Source of the DNA: Heterodontus francisci
Lineage: Eukaryota
Reading direction: 5' to 3'
Assembly: GCF_036365525.1 (NCBI RefSeq)
Contig: NC_090399.1
Location: forward strand, 31,900,430-31,964,429
DNA: 64,000 bases
A model generated the notes under the pieces. That model saw only the letters and a program-made list of their open reading frames with translations, had not been told where the DNA came from and searched no databases. A program made the translations under genes and the position numbers. Shown here piece after piece: positions 39,101-51,722 of this stretch (its first letter is position 1; each line of letters begins with the position of its first letter).

Positions 39101-40254
39101 AATGAGTGGAAACTTGGCCCACAGGAAAGCTTCACCAACACACTGAGATGTCGCTGCACATAGCAACCCAATCAGAGTAGCAAGTCCCTCAGTGTACATT
39201 TATGTGCAGCTGTCGTCTATTATGTCAGTTAGTGCTTAACTCTCCATTGCTACTCCATACAAATATATGTTCTGAAAGTTATAATGGAGAGTGAGAAACA
39301 TCCCCTGATATCTTACGTTGATACTGTGTAATTGAAGCATGCATAGATGGAGGTTTATAATCGATGTAGAATCTGTATGAGTTGTTCACTAGTCTCTGAG
39401 TGGAATTGATTATCCTACAATTCCACCCAGAATCCTTGGAGTTGGAAAGGACAAATAATTTATAAATTTCTATGTTCTAATAACTATTGGTAACTTTCCT
39501 CTTTGGGATTGAGGTGACAGTCCAGTATATGATCCAGTATATGATCCAGCTCGGTTAACATTACTCCAGGGCACTTTTGACGACTGACCAGCGACCCTGG
39601 GTCAGTAATGGTGGCTGGGCACAATGCCTGTCAAAGTGACTTAGAATTCTTCCCACTCGACTCCAGACAACTCTGTAACTCAACGCCATGATCGGAAAGT
39701 TTGTTTCTACCCATCACTTGAAGTAAAAGCATTAACAGTGCTTCCTGCAAGCTTACAAATCTCAACAACACCCCATGCCTACTTAGTGAATGTAGACAGT
39801 AGCATTGCAACAAATAATTACTTTTATTCCATTTTCACAAGGATACAACAGCCCAGATTTCATATGAAAATAAGAAATGACGTCTTTAACGCAAAGAACG
39901 CCCACCGGAATGATATTTGAGTGTTCAGAACGTAAACCTAAGCAATGCAATTTAATTATTAAACCGAAAATTAGTGATATTGATGATTCTATGCCGAGTT
40001 TTGGTTTTCATTGATCGGGAGTAAAATTGGACGTGGGCGATATAGCATTGATCACCTTTTATACACTCGGCCCGAAATTTCATCCCATTGCCATATTTGG
40101 ATATCGGGCGTGTCCAAGAACGCTCGGCCAATATGATTCCTCCTGTCATGAGTCCCAGTCCATATCTAATTTCACCCCATCATTTTCTTGCATAATCTTA
40201 CACTTTAACCAACGTCCACAGTACTCACTACATTATTGGTTTTGTTTCCAACAG

Positions 40255-40469
40255 GAGATCCAAATGTTATCTGACATTTCCCCACACTCAGCTTCGGATT
40301 ACAAGTTGCAAAAGCGGTGATGCTGGCCATTCTCATAATCACAGACCTAACAACCTACTTGTGCCCCTGCTGTGTGCTATGTTACATCTGCAGAAAGTCG
40401 ATGCAAATTTTATCACCAAGTTTTTTTTTCAAGGTGCCCGTGCTCGCATTATGTCGCAATGTTGATTGA
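40255..40469 (+). pseudogene. Degenerate TM exon (DPNVI*HFPTLSFGLQVAKAVMLAILIITDLTTYLCPCCVLCYICRK...)
   Basis: Strong acceptor ttttgtttccaacag. The phase-1 frame gives a Lys-containing hydrophobic stretch, with a stop at 40272-40274. The 3' boundary is uncertain. Confidence 0.6.
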
Positions 40470-41299
40470 CAAACTCGCGTGAACAGGTCCTTGCAAAAGC
40501 AATAATTCTTATAATGTATTCCTTTCGGAATTCAATTCAACGCGATTTTTAAAAATGTTACTATACATGTCTTCTGGGACTGCATTTATTCATTTTGTTA
40601 GGCATTCTGAGCGTAGGGCTCGCCAGAGGACCGACCATGATGCTTGCTTTGAATGTCCTTAACTGAATGTTGTTTACAATCTATTCAAAATATACGGAAG
40701 CTGACAGAGTGATTGACGTGTTTCTTCTTGATCCCTTTATGCTTGACAGTTTAATATAATGTGACCTATCTACACCATGTATGGAAGGGCTCTTGATCGT
40801 TTGTTCTCTCTTTTTGGAATGCAGTCACGTTTATCTTCTCGTGTTTAATCCAAATTGTTCATTCCATACTGAGATCAGAATAGGTCCTATCCTCAGCTTG
40901 TCGGCATTAACTTTCCTCCACCCGAGTGCGTCCTGTACTTACTGAGATTTTGCTTTGAGGTCTCATCCTCCCTGATATGCGAGTAATTCGCGCAAAATAT
41001 TCAGTTACCTCGAATTATTTTCCTGATGGCATAAAGGAGGTTCACAGCTCAACATTCATTGAGTAATAAAAAACAAATGCTCCCTGAAGCTCCAAAAGTG
41101 AAAGCAGGAGAAGCATTAACACACTATCTGTCATTTAAATAATCGAAAAGGCCTCTTTCTTCCTTTGGTGATATTATTTATTTTCAGGGCACTGAAACAG
41201 GCCCTTCGGCCCACCGAGTCCGTGCCGACCATCAACTACCCATTTATACTAATCCTACATTCCTACCACATCCCCACCTGTCCCTATATTCCCCTACCT

Positions 41300-43203
41300 A
41301 TAAATCACTGACCAACACAAACAAATGGACCGCTGGGTTGAGCACTACCTAGAACTGTACTCCAGGGAGAATGCTGTCACTGAGACTGCCCTCAATGCAG
41401 CCCAGCCTCTACCTGTCATGGATGAGCTGGACATACAGCCAACCAAATCAGAACTCAGTGATGCCATTGATTCTCTAGCCAGTGGAAAAGCCCCTGGGAA
41501 GGACAGCATTACCCCTGAAATAATCAAGAGTGCCAAGCCTGCTATACTCTCAGCACTGTGCTGGGACGAGGGAGCAGTACCCCAGGACATGCGCGATGCC
41601 AATATCATCACCCTCTATAAAAACAAAGGTGACCGCGGTGACTGCAACAACTACCGTGGAATCTCCCTGCTCAGCATAGTGGGGAAAGTCTTTGCTCGAG
41701 TCGCTCTGAACAGGCTCCAGAAGCTGGCCGAGCGCGTCTACCCTGAGGCACAGTGTGGCTTTCGTGCAGAGAGATCGACCATTGACATGCTGTTCTCCCT
41801 TCGTCGGATACAGGAGAAATGCCGTGAACAACAGATGCCCCTCTACATTGCTTTCATTGATCTCACCAAAGCCTTTGACCTCGTCAGCAGACATGGTCTC
41901 TTCAGACTACTAGAAAAGATTGGATGCCCACCAAAGCTACTAAGTATCATCACCTCATTCCATGACAATATGAAAGGCACAATTCAACATGTTGGCTCCT
42001 CATCAGACCCCTTTCCTATCCTGAGTGGCGTGAAACAGGGCTGTGTTCTCGCACCCACACTTTTTGGGATTTTCTTCTCCCTGCTGTTTTCACATGCGTT
42101 CAAGTCCTCTGAAGAAGGAATTTTCCTCCACATAAGATCAGGGGGCTGGTTGTTCAACCTTGCCCGTCTAAGAGCGAAGTCCAAAGTACGGAAAGTCCTC
42201 ATTAGGGAACTCCTCTTTGCTGACGATGCTGCTTTAACATCTCACACTGAAGAGTGCCTGCAGAGTCTCATCGACAGGTTTGCGGCTGCCTGCAATGAAT
42301 TTGGCCTAACCATCAGCCTCAAGTAAACGAACATCATGGGGCAGGATGTCATAAATGCTCCATCCATCAATATTGGCGACCACGCTCTGGAAGTGGTTCA
42401 AGAGTTCACCTACCTAGGCTCAACTATCACCAGTAACCTGCCTCTACAGGCAGAAATCAACAAGCGCATGGGAAAGGCTTCCACTGCTATGTCCAGACTG
42501 GCCAAGAGAGTGTGGGAAAATGGCGCACTGACACGGAACACAAAAGTCCGAGTGTATCAGGCCTGTGTCCTCAGTACCTTGCTCTATGGCAGCGAGACCT
42601 GGACAATGTATGTCAGCCAAGAGCAACGTCTCAATTCATTCCATCTTCGCTGCCTCCGGAGAATACTTGGCATCAGGTGGCAGGACCGTATCTCCAACAC
42701 AGAAGTCCTCGAGGCGGCCAACATCCCCAGCTTATACACACTACTGAGTCAGCGGCGCTTGAGATGGCTTGGCCATGTGAGCCACATGGAAGATGGCAGG
42801 ATCCCCAAAGACACATTGTACAGCGAGCTCGCCACTGGTATCAGACCCACCGGCCATCCATGTCTCCGCTATAAAGACGTCTGCAAACGCGACATGAAAT
42901 CCTATGACATTGATCACAAGTCGTGGGAGTCAGTTGCCAGCGTTCGCCAGAGCTGGCGGGCAGCCATAAAGACGGGGCTAAAATGTGGTGAGTCGAATAG
43001 TTGACAGGAAAAAAGACAGAGGCGCAAGGGGAGAGCCAACTGTGCAACAGCCCCGACAAACAAATTTCTCTGCAGCACCTGTGGAAAAGCCTGTCACTGT
43101 AGAATTGGCCTTTATAGCCACTCCAGGCGCTGCTTCACAAACCACTGACCACCTCCAGGCGCGTATCCATTGTCTCTCGAGATAAGGAGGCCCAAACGAA
43201 GAA
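41300..43203 (+). mobile_element. Young 5'-truncated RTE LINE inserted in a V-SINE (halves at ~41180-41300 and ~43204-43392, minus)
   Basis: Nearly intact RT (QCGFRAERST, FIDLTKAFD, GVKQGCVLAP, LLFADD) with few stops. It is near-identical to 126-1067. Confidence 0.95.
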
Positions 43204-44229
43204 TACTAGGGGCAATTTATAACAGCCAATTTACCTATCAACCTGCAAGTCTTTGGCTGTGGGAGGAAACCGATGCACCCGGCGAAAATCCACGCAGACA
43301 CAGGGAGAACTTGCAAACTCCACACAGGCAGTACCCAGAATTGAAACCGGGTCGCTGGAACTGTGACGCTGCGGTGCTAACCACTGTGCCGCTCATATTA
43401 ATTGAATTGCTGACAAGTAATTGAGAAAATATTGAAATTTGGGCATCTACCTGGAAACCGATTGGTAAAATTTGCCATGACTAAACGTCCCGTAAAACAG
43501 AATGTGATTCTGGTCACGGAAAGACCTCACTCTGGAGGAAATCAGGCCAGGGTTGCATGGTGAGAATGGATGGATATTTGCAGCTTACCTCGACTAAGTT
43601 TCTGAATCTGGGAATGCTGGTGCATAACTCCCCCTTATAAATTAAATGAGTGTGAGACCGTCCATGTTAAGGCAAATTGCATAATATCTGGGGGGAAATG
43701 ACATTGATGATGTGATTTTTTTTCTATTACCTTTATAAATCATGAATAACAGTAAATTCAGATGATTTATCTGTAATACAAGAATAGTAGATGACGTAAA
43801 TCAAATTATAGAACTAAGAGTTATTCATCATTTTATTGAATGCTTTACTCAGCTGATGAGCCAGAAATAAAGCCTTTGATCTCTGCAGGCAGCCATATAA
43901 ATACTGTGGCTACCAGAGGAGGTCAGTGGCGTTTTTGAGTGACGTCATCACCCATCTGCTCACTCACAGAGCGAAAATCCTTCCTTTTCAGAAAGGTGAG
44001 GGGCAGTTCTGATTATGCCCTGCAATGCGCTATGGTGCCAGTGGTGGCACCCTGCATCTCAAGGGAACCAGCAACCTGAGTGAACAGGGTGGCCCTTTCT
44101 CTGCTGCCTGGCTGCGATGATCTGCTGTGCTGTAGATGGTATCAGTGGCCCATAGTCACTGCTCCCTGACATGGTGACAGACAACGCGACCCCCCCCCCC
44201 CCCCCCATCCCGCTCCCCAAGGCTGCCTG

Positions 44230-44500
44230 AAAGGAATCTGAACTGTAAAGATTGACAGCAGCGGTAACCGTGTCAGCCGCGGTTAGAGTAGTGCAGGTAT
44301 ACCAAAGTGGTTTCATTCTTACTCGGAATCCCACATAGATGGCCATCATCAGCTTTGCAGTAATAACTCTTTCCAACACCGAGGTCCTTAAAGGACATGG
44401 TCTTCTTGCAGATTCTTCGCAGGCGGGAATATTGCGTAAGCTGCAGTCTTCCCCTTCTTTCCAATTAGGAATGGTATCCTTCCTCCATAAATGTCATAGC
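44230..44500 (-). mobile_element. Old LINE RT fragment (L2/CR1 group)
   Basis: LERVITAKL...GFR remnants. Confidence 0.45.
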
Positions 44501-44509
44501 TTAATGACA

Positions 44510-46620
44510 GGCTGGTGGCAGGAGACGGTCCCGTGCACAGTCCCTAAATGTGTAGTGGATCAGGACATGATCAAACCAGTTCCCCCAGAGGAGACTGCAT
44601 TGGCACTGCAGGCAAGTTACCATGAGGTCTGCCTGTCTGACGCTTTCTTTGGAAACTGAGGAGACTGAAGGAATGAATTAAACAGATTTTCCCTAGATGA
44701 GGTTCAGCGAACCGAACAAGTACTGCAAGAGTTAGCGCAGGCTACCCAGTTGGAAAATGAAGCAGAGGGAGTCCCTGATTGCTACTATTTAAAGAATGAG
44801 GTACTGATGAGGAAATGGAGTTCTCCTCACAGACCGGAGGGATAGGAGTGGACAGCAGTTCACCAGTTAGTGGTGCCACAGAGTCATCGGGAGAAATATT
44901 AAGAAGGGCCCACAAGACTACAGTAGCTGTACATGCCGGTACATGAAAGACCAAAGCCCACATAAGACTGTCCAAACCTCCACAAAGATATGGTGGAGTA
45001 CTGCAGGAGTTGCCACATGTGCCAGGTTGAGGGGAAGCCCCAACCTACAGTGAAACCAGCACCCCTAAGTCCTGTACCGGTGTTAGGAGGATCCCCTCAG
45101 CAGAGGGCTGGTGAACTGTAAGGGACCCCTGCCAAGAACAAAAGGGAACAAGCAGGCACACGGCTGGCAAAGGTTTAGAAAGAGAAGGGGAAAAAGTGAC
45201 TCAGAAAGCAGGTTAAATGAAGTTCGGGAAGAATCCCAGGTGAAGACCCCTACTGTCCGGTCAACCAACCCCGAAAACTGTGAAAAGTTAGACCCCACAT
45301 CCTCCTATGTAAATGTAGACTCTAGAAGCACCCCGCCAAAGTCGTTAACAGCGTTTGTGGGAACCTGCAGAGACAAAGATTGACATCTAGAGGGCACAGA
45401 AACCGTGAGGGTGATGCCTCAACTAGTCGAAGCGCCACAGGAGAGTGCAGCCAAGTCGGCATAAATACCTACAGGTAGAAGTGTCCCAGAGAACAAAGGG
45501 AAGAGTAACAAAGACTCCTCCCCCATAGTCAGAGGAAAAGGGACCTACCCATCCCCTGAAGTCAAAGGAAAAGGGAACCCCCCATCCCCAAAGTCTTTGT
45601 AAAGTGGCCCTGCACCCAGAACAAATCATTTTAATAAGTTTAAGATTGGTGTATGAGTGGAAATGAACGAGGGACATGAATGTTTTTTCTTTCTGTAATA
45701 TATATTTCTCTCAAACTCTGTAATGAAATGTGTCATTTTTGTTCAAATCGCATTTCATTTCCCTGCATCACAGTCATAGAGTCATAGAGTTGTACAGCAC
45801 AGAAACAGGCCCTTCGGCCCATGGGTGTGGAAGTGTCAGGCAACGCCCCCCCCCCCCCCCCCCACCCCCTCTCAGCTGCCAAGACTGAGGCACACATTAT
45901 TTCACCACATGAACATTAAAACTTAAAATTGCAAGCCCCTGACTGGAAAGATATTTCAATAGTATCAGACAATGTTGGAACAATGGGGACCCAGTCGTTG
46001 CTTCCCCAATGCACAGGAGAAGTGGTCAGACCAGTTTTAGTCACATGGCTATTGCAGAAGTTTGAACTGAGAGTTTTACATTGGAGAAAACAGTGTTTGA
46101 ACTCAAAAAGCCATGTGCTCCCGGTTGGAACAGAACCTCCTCTCCAGTCCTGCCTGCTTCCATCTGTTTCCCACGGAACTGAATCTACGTGGACAAGGTT
46201 TAAAAGAGCACTGGGCCCTGACGAACAGCAAGACTACCTACAATCAAGTGAGCTCGAAGCACAGTAAACATGAAACTCTTCTAATATTGCCTCAAACTCC
46301 TCGCTACTATATTTTCCTCCCCTCTATTCTGTCCCTATTTGCATGTGTATATCACATGTACATGCTAGCGTGGGCACGTCATATATCCATAGGCATTTAC
46401 TGTATTAATGTTTAAGTTTTAATAAAATTTCATCTGTCTTCTTTAAACCTCAGAAAACCTGTATGAATTGGTTTCTTTGTCTTATAATTGGAAAGCTATG
46501 AACAAGAATTCACAAAGGGGGAGCTCAAAACACAGTGTGTTTAAAACTAAACCCTGTTACAATAAGACCAGGTGAAGATAGTAACAGAAACCTCGACACC
46601 TTTCGCACCTGGTCGTAACA
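44510..46620 (+). mobile_element. Deleted Gmr1-like Gypsy LTR retrotransposon, 3' part with LTR 45834-46620
   Basis: Integrase Zn-binding YCRSCHMCQVEGKPQ and a TGTCA...TAACA LTR. It is homologous to the minus-strand copy at 48070-51722. Confidence 0.82.
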
Positions 46621-46779
46621 TGGGGGGCGGGGGGTTGTGGGGGGGGGGGTGGATGGTGGTGGTGGTGGTGGGAGGGGAGCAGTGGAGGAGGTCGAGAGGG
46701 TAGTTGGAGAAGGGCAGTGGGTGGACGTAAATGTTCCCGTGGGGTGAGGTCCAAAGTGAACTACTGGTCTCAGGAAAAT

Positions 46780-47010
46780 AAATGCTTGCATTTATATAAC
46801 GCCTTTCACGATCATAGGCCGTCCCAAAACATCTTAGAGCCAATGAGATTCTTTTGCAGTGTAGCCACTGCTGTAATACAGGGAAAGGACAGCCAATTTC
46901 CGCACAGCAAGCTCCCGCAAACAATGTGACCATGACCAGTTAACCTGCATTTGTGATGTTGATTGAGGGACAAACATTGGCCAGGACGCCAGGGAGAACT
47001 TCCAGACTTT
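46780..47010 (-). mobile_element. DeuSINE-like fragment
   Basis: Reverse complement of the core/tail at 63360-63580. Confidence 0.65.
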
Positions 47011-47059
47011 ATTGGAAGTTCAATTTCTCTGCAACAGCCAGTTAGCTATCTGACTAAAA

Positions 47060-48070
47060 CAAAAACAAGAAAAGCTGGAAATACTCAGCAGGTCTGGCAG
47101 CATCTGTGGAGGCAGAAGCAGAGCTAACGTTTCAGGTCAGTGACCCTTCATCAGAACTGGCAGATATTAGAAATGTAAAAGGTTTTAAGCAAATAAAGCG
47201 GGGGTGTGGCAAGAGATAACAAGGGAGAAGGTGTTGATAGGACAAGGTCACAGAGAATAACTGACCAGAAGGTCACGGAACAAAGGTGAACGGTGTGTTA
47301 ATGGTGTTCTGAAAGACAAAGCGTTCATACAGAGAGGGTGTGAATTGAGGCATTGAGAGGCATCTTGACAAATACATGAATAGGATGGGAATAGAGGGAT
47401 ACAGTCCCCAGAAATGCAGAAGGTTTTAGTTTAGGCAGGTATCAAGATCGGTGCAGGCTTGGAGGGCCGAATGGCCTGTTACTGTGCTGAACTCTTCTTT
47501 GTTCTTTGTTGACTGTAAAGCACAAAGCACTCCAACCACAAACATTAGAAAAAAAATTAAAAACAAAACAGTGGGTAGGCAAAGGAGAAACAAACTAAAA
47601 AAAAACCTATGATAAAATAACCAAATAAAAAAGGGAACGGCAAAGAAAAAAAGGAAAAAAAATCATTAAACATAAAAAGGGGGGCCCGTCATGCTCTGAA
47701 GTTATTAAACTCAATTTTCAGTCTGGCAGGCTGTAGTGTGCCTAATCGATAAATGATGTGCTGTTCCTCGAGCTTGCATTGATGTTTACTGGAACACTGC
47801 AGCAATTCCAGGACAGAGATGTGAGCATGAGTGCGGGGGTGGTGGTGGAGGGTTGGTGAAATTGCCAGCAACTGGATGCTCGGGGTCATGCTTAAGGACT
47901 GAGTGGAGGTGTTCTGCAAATTGGTCACCCAATCTGTGTTTGGTCTCCTCAATGTAGAGGAGACCACATTGTGAGCAGCAAATACAGTATACGACATTGA
48001 AAGAAGTACAAGTAAATCGCTGCTTCATCTGAAAGGAGTATTTGGGACCTTGGATAGTGAGGAGAGGAGC
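47060..48070 (-). mobile_element. Penelope-like element 3' fragment (GIY-YIG endonuclease + pseudo-LTR), with a short CR1 tail inserted at ~47355-47507
   Basis: FTCTSFNVVYCICCSQCGLLYIEETKHRLGDQFAEHL and LGTLQPARLKIEFNNFR motifs. Confidence 0.85.
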
Positions 48071-51000
48071 CATGTGACTTAAACTGGTCTGACTACTTCT
48101 GTGTATTGGAGAGGCAACTGCTGGGTCCCCATTGTTTCAACATTGTCTGGTATTATATAAATGTCCTTCCAGTTAGGGTTTGCAATTTTTAAGTTTTTGT
48201 TCATATAACAAAATAATGTCTTGGCAGGTGGAGATTTGCCTGACACCTCCGCACTCAGGGGAAGGAAATGTGATTTGAAGAAAATGGTACATTTCATTAC
48301 AGAATTTGAGAGAAATATAAGATAGAGAAAGAAATCATGCATTTCTCTCATTCATTTCCATTCATTCGCCAATCTTGAAGCTCATAAAAATGGTCTGTTC
48401 TGGGTGTCAGGGCTGCTTTAATTTCCCCTTTTTTCCCCTCAGGGGAGTTAGTAGGCGGCGGGTCTTTCCTGAACTCCCTGATTTCTGCAAAGACATTTGG
48501 CTTCAGTGGATACCTGGTTCCTTTTTCCTCTGACTGTGGGGGAGGAGTCTTTGTTACTCTTCCCTTTGTTCTCTGGGACACTCCTACCTGCAGGTATTTG
48601 TGCACACTTAACTGCATTCTCCTGTAACACTTCGACTAGGTGAGGCATCACCCTCACGGTTTCTGTGCCCCCCCCCCCCATGTCTCTCTTTGTCTCTGCA
48701 GGTTCCCAGAAATGCTGTTGGCAATTCTGGTGAGGTGCCTCTCGAGTCTGCATTTACATAGGAGGATGTGGGGTCTAACTTTTCACATTTTTCGGGGTAG
48801 GGGTTTTCATTCAGGATTCTTCCTGGACTTCCTTTAACCTGCCCTCTGGGTCATTTTTTCCCCTTCAAAACTTTTGCCAGCTGTGTGCCTGTCTGCCCCT
48901 TTTTGTTCTCAGCAAGGGTCCCTTGAGGTTCAGCAGCCTTCTGCTGGAGGGTCCTCCTTACACGGGTACAGGACTTAGCGGTCCAGGGTGAACAGTAGGT
49001 TGGGGATTCCCCTCAACTTGGCACATGTGCTAACTCCTGCAGTACTCCACCACATCTTTGTGGTGTTTTGACCTGTCAAACTGCTGTCTTATGTGCGTTT
49101 TGGTCTTTCATATACCGGCATGTACAGCCACTTTAGTCTCGTGGGTCCTTCTTAATATTTCTCTTCGGTACCTCTGTGGTACCACTAACCGGGGAACTAC
49201 TGTCCACTCCTTGCCCTCAGTTCTGTGAGGAGAACACCATTTCCACATCAGTACCTCATTTTTTTAAAAGTAGCAATCAGAGACACCCTCTGCTTCACTT
49301 TCAGATTAGGCAGCCTGTGCTAATTCTTTCAATACTGGGTCGGCTCGCTGCGCCTCAGCTGGGGAAAAGCTGTTTAATTAATTCCCTGGGTCTCCTAACT
49401 GTCCAAAGGAAGTCTCAGCCAGGCAGACCTGATGGTCATCTGCCTGCAGTGCCAATGCAGTCTCCTCTGGGGAGCTGGCTTGATCATAGCCTGATGCATT
49501 ACACATTCAGGGAAACTGCACAGGGACCATCTCCCACCACAGTCGCATCCCTCTTACCTCCATGGTCTTTCTTTCACTACTGGGGGATGGGGGGATGCTA
49601 CGACCTTCACCCCTGCCAGGTTCTTACCTAGGAGCAGGTCAAACCCGCCCACAGGTAAGCTAGGGACAATCCCTACAGTGACTGGTCCCAAAACTAGGTC
49701 GCACTCCGGGTGCAGCCAGTGTGCAGGTACAGTCATACACTGCCCTCTAATAATTCTTTATTAAGAATGGGAGTTTTTTAATTCCTCTAGCAGGATTACT
49801 TCTCTGAGAGTCTGATAAGTGTATTTTTAGAGCCCTCAGCCACTGGTCAAATGCCAGATGCTTACTTCTTTCAAACTCCAGATACGTTTGATTGGCTTGC
49901 TTTTTGAGGGTTCTAAACTTTTGGTGGTAGGCTTCGGGTACTAATTCATATGTCCCAAGAATAGTATTTTTGGTCAGTTCATAGTTTGATGAACTCTCAT
50001 CTGGCAGCAAGGAATCGACCTCATGGGTTTTTCCAGTTAGTTTGCTTTGCGGTAAAGGAGACTAGGTTTCAGTTGCCATTTTAGCTGCCTTGCCAGTTTC
50101 TCAAAGGGCATGAAAAATGCTTCCACATCATTCTCATTGAATTTTGGAAGTAGTTGGGCGAGCTTTAGCAATCTTCTGTGCAGTCCTGAATTCTGATCAT
50201 CCATATTGGCTATGCTTTCACTTGAGTTACTCTGTCGCCCCCAAGTTAGCTCGAGCTGCTTCAACTCTCGTTTTTCGCATTCTTTCCAGAATATTCTTTC
50301 TCTGTCTCTGTCTCTCCTTTCCTCTCTCATTCCTTCTCCTGTCTTTCTCTCTCTCTTTCTCTCTCCTGTGTTTTATTTTCTTCACGTTCCTTTTGGAAGG
50401 ACCTTTCTTTTTCCCTCTTCTGCCTCTCTCTCTCTCTTTCTCTTCTCTGTCTTCTGATTCAAGTTTCCTTTGTTTCAATTGTATCTTTGCTTGTAGTACC
50501 CTCTCTGGGTCTACTTCTAACACTGCCTCTGCCTCCTCAGATTCAAGGGGAAAATGGTTGGCCACTAGCCTTTGGAGTTCAGACTTCCTAGCCTTGCCAC
50601 ATACAGTGATCCCACATGGCTCAGCCATTTTTCTCAACTCCTCCATAGACAGTGCTTTTAACTTATCCCAAGTCATTTCACCCTGGCTTGGAGAGCTACT
50701 CGTTTCAGTTGCAAACATATTAGTATGCAATCACACACAACCACAAGAAAACCTGTATTGATCTGCTCTTTTTTGTTTAGGAACAATTTGGATCCCCACT
50801 TGCAATTTCACTCGTTTGTCTGTGGGTAACAATCCAGATGGTAGCACCCAATTTCTGTTATGACGAGGTGAGCAATGTTTCTAGAGGTCTTTGGCTGTCT
50901 TTACCTGGTCTTATTGTAACGGGGTTTAATTTTAAACACACTGTGTTTTGAGCTTGCCTTTTTGTGAATTCTTGTTCAGTGTTTTCAATTATAAGACAAA

Positions 51001-51722
51001 GAAGAAACGGGCTTTCTTTGGTTTGAAGCAGAAAGATTACATTTATTAAACTTTACCTTAAACTCTAATATGGCTCATGCCTACGGATATATGACATGCC
51101 CACGTTAGCATGCACATGCGATATAGACATGCAGATAGGGACAGAAAAGAGCAGAGGAAAAGATAAGTAGAACAGTTTGAGGCAATATCTTGTATTGTTT
51201 CTCGAGCTCGCTGTAATCCTTGATTGAAGATATGGTCTTGTGTTTCACTGTGGCCCAGTAGTCTTCTTAAAACCTTGCTAATGTAGGAAACCTTTAGTTT
51301 CTCTGAGTTTATGTGTATTCAACAGTTTCGGTTCCCTGAGAGATGAGCAGGCAGGACAGGAGATGTTCTCAGTCCATGAGCACATAGCATTCTCTCCTCA
51401 AATCCCTTTGTTGGGAGTTCAAATTCAAAAAATCCTCCCAGGTTTCCCAGCAGGTTAGTCATGTGACTAGCTCCTCCATGGAACAGTCTCTTCAACTTAC
51501 TTTGTTGGAAGTTCAAATTTCTCGGCAACAGTTAGTCATGTGACTAAAACTGATCTGGCCACTTCTGTATATTGGAGACTCAACTGCTGGGTCCCCATTG
51601 TTTCAACATTGTCTGGTACTATGTAAATGTCCTTCCAGTCAGGGTTTACAATTTTTAAGTTTTTGTTCATGTGGCGAAATTATGTGTGCCTCAGTCTTGG
51701 CAGGTGTGGGATTTGCCTGACA
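48070..51722 (-). mobile_element. Degenerate non-autonomous Gmr1-like Gypsy element: 5' LTR 51722-50856, PBS, gag, protease, integrase N-terminus, truncated 3' LTR 48245-48070
   Basis: TGTCA...TAACA LTR and a degenerate tRNA-Pro-type PBS (TTGGGTGCTACCATCTGGAT). Gag shows LLPKFNENDVEAFF..FEKLARQLKW and YELVPEAYHQKFR; the protease tail is GPVTVGIVPSLPVGGFDLLLG. No RT was found. Confidence 0.85.

Larger units (their letters stand above)
30219..40469 (+). pseudogene. Locus P: NKp30-like VJ-type receptor pseudogene, activating type (leader 30219-30264, V 35241-35571, TM from 40255)
   Basis: Candidate leader MKDWFKAGIIGLCRL (46 nt, phase 1, GTAAGA). The V exon has two frameshifts. The TM exon has an in-frame TGA and a Lys in the hydrophobic stretch. 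Confidence 0.7.

Noticed and set aside
50144-50761. 205-aa hydrophobic plus-strand ORF as a membrane protein
   Set aside because: Antisense of the purine-rich coiled-coil part of the Gypsy gag.
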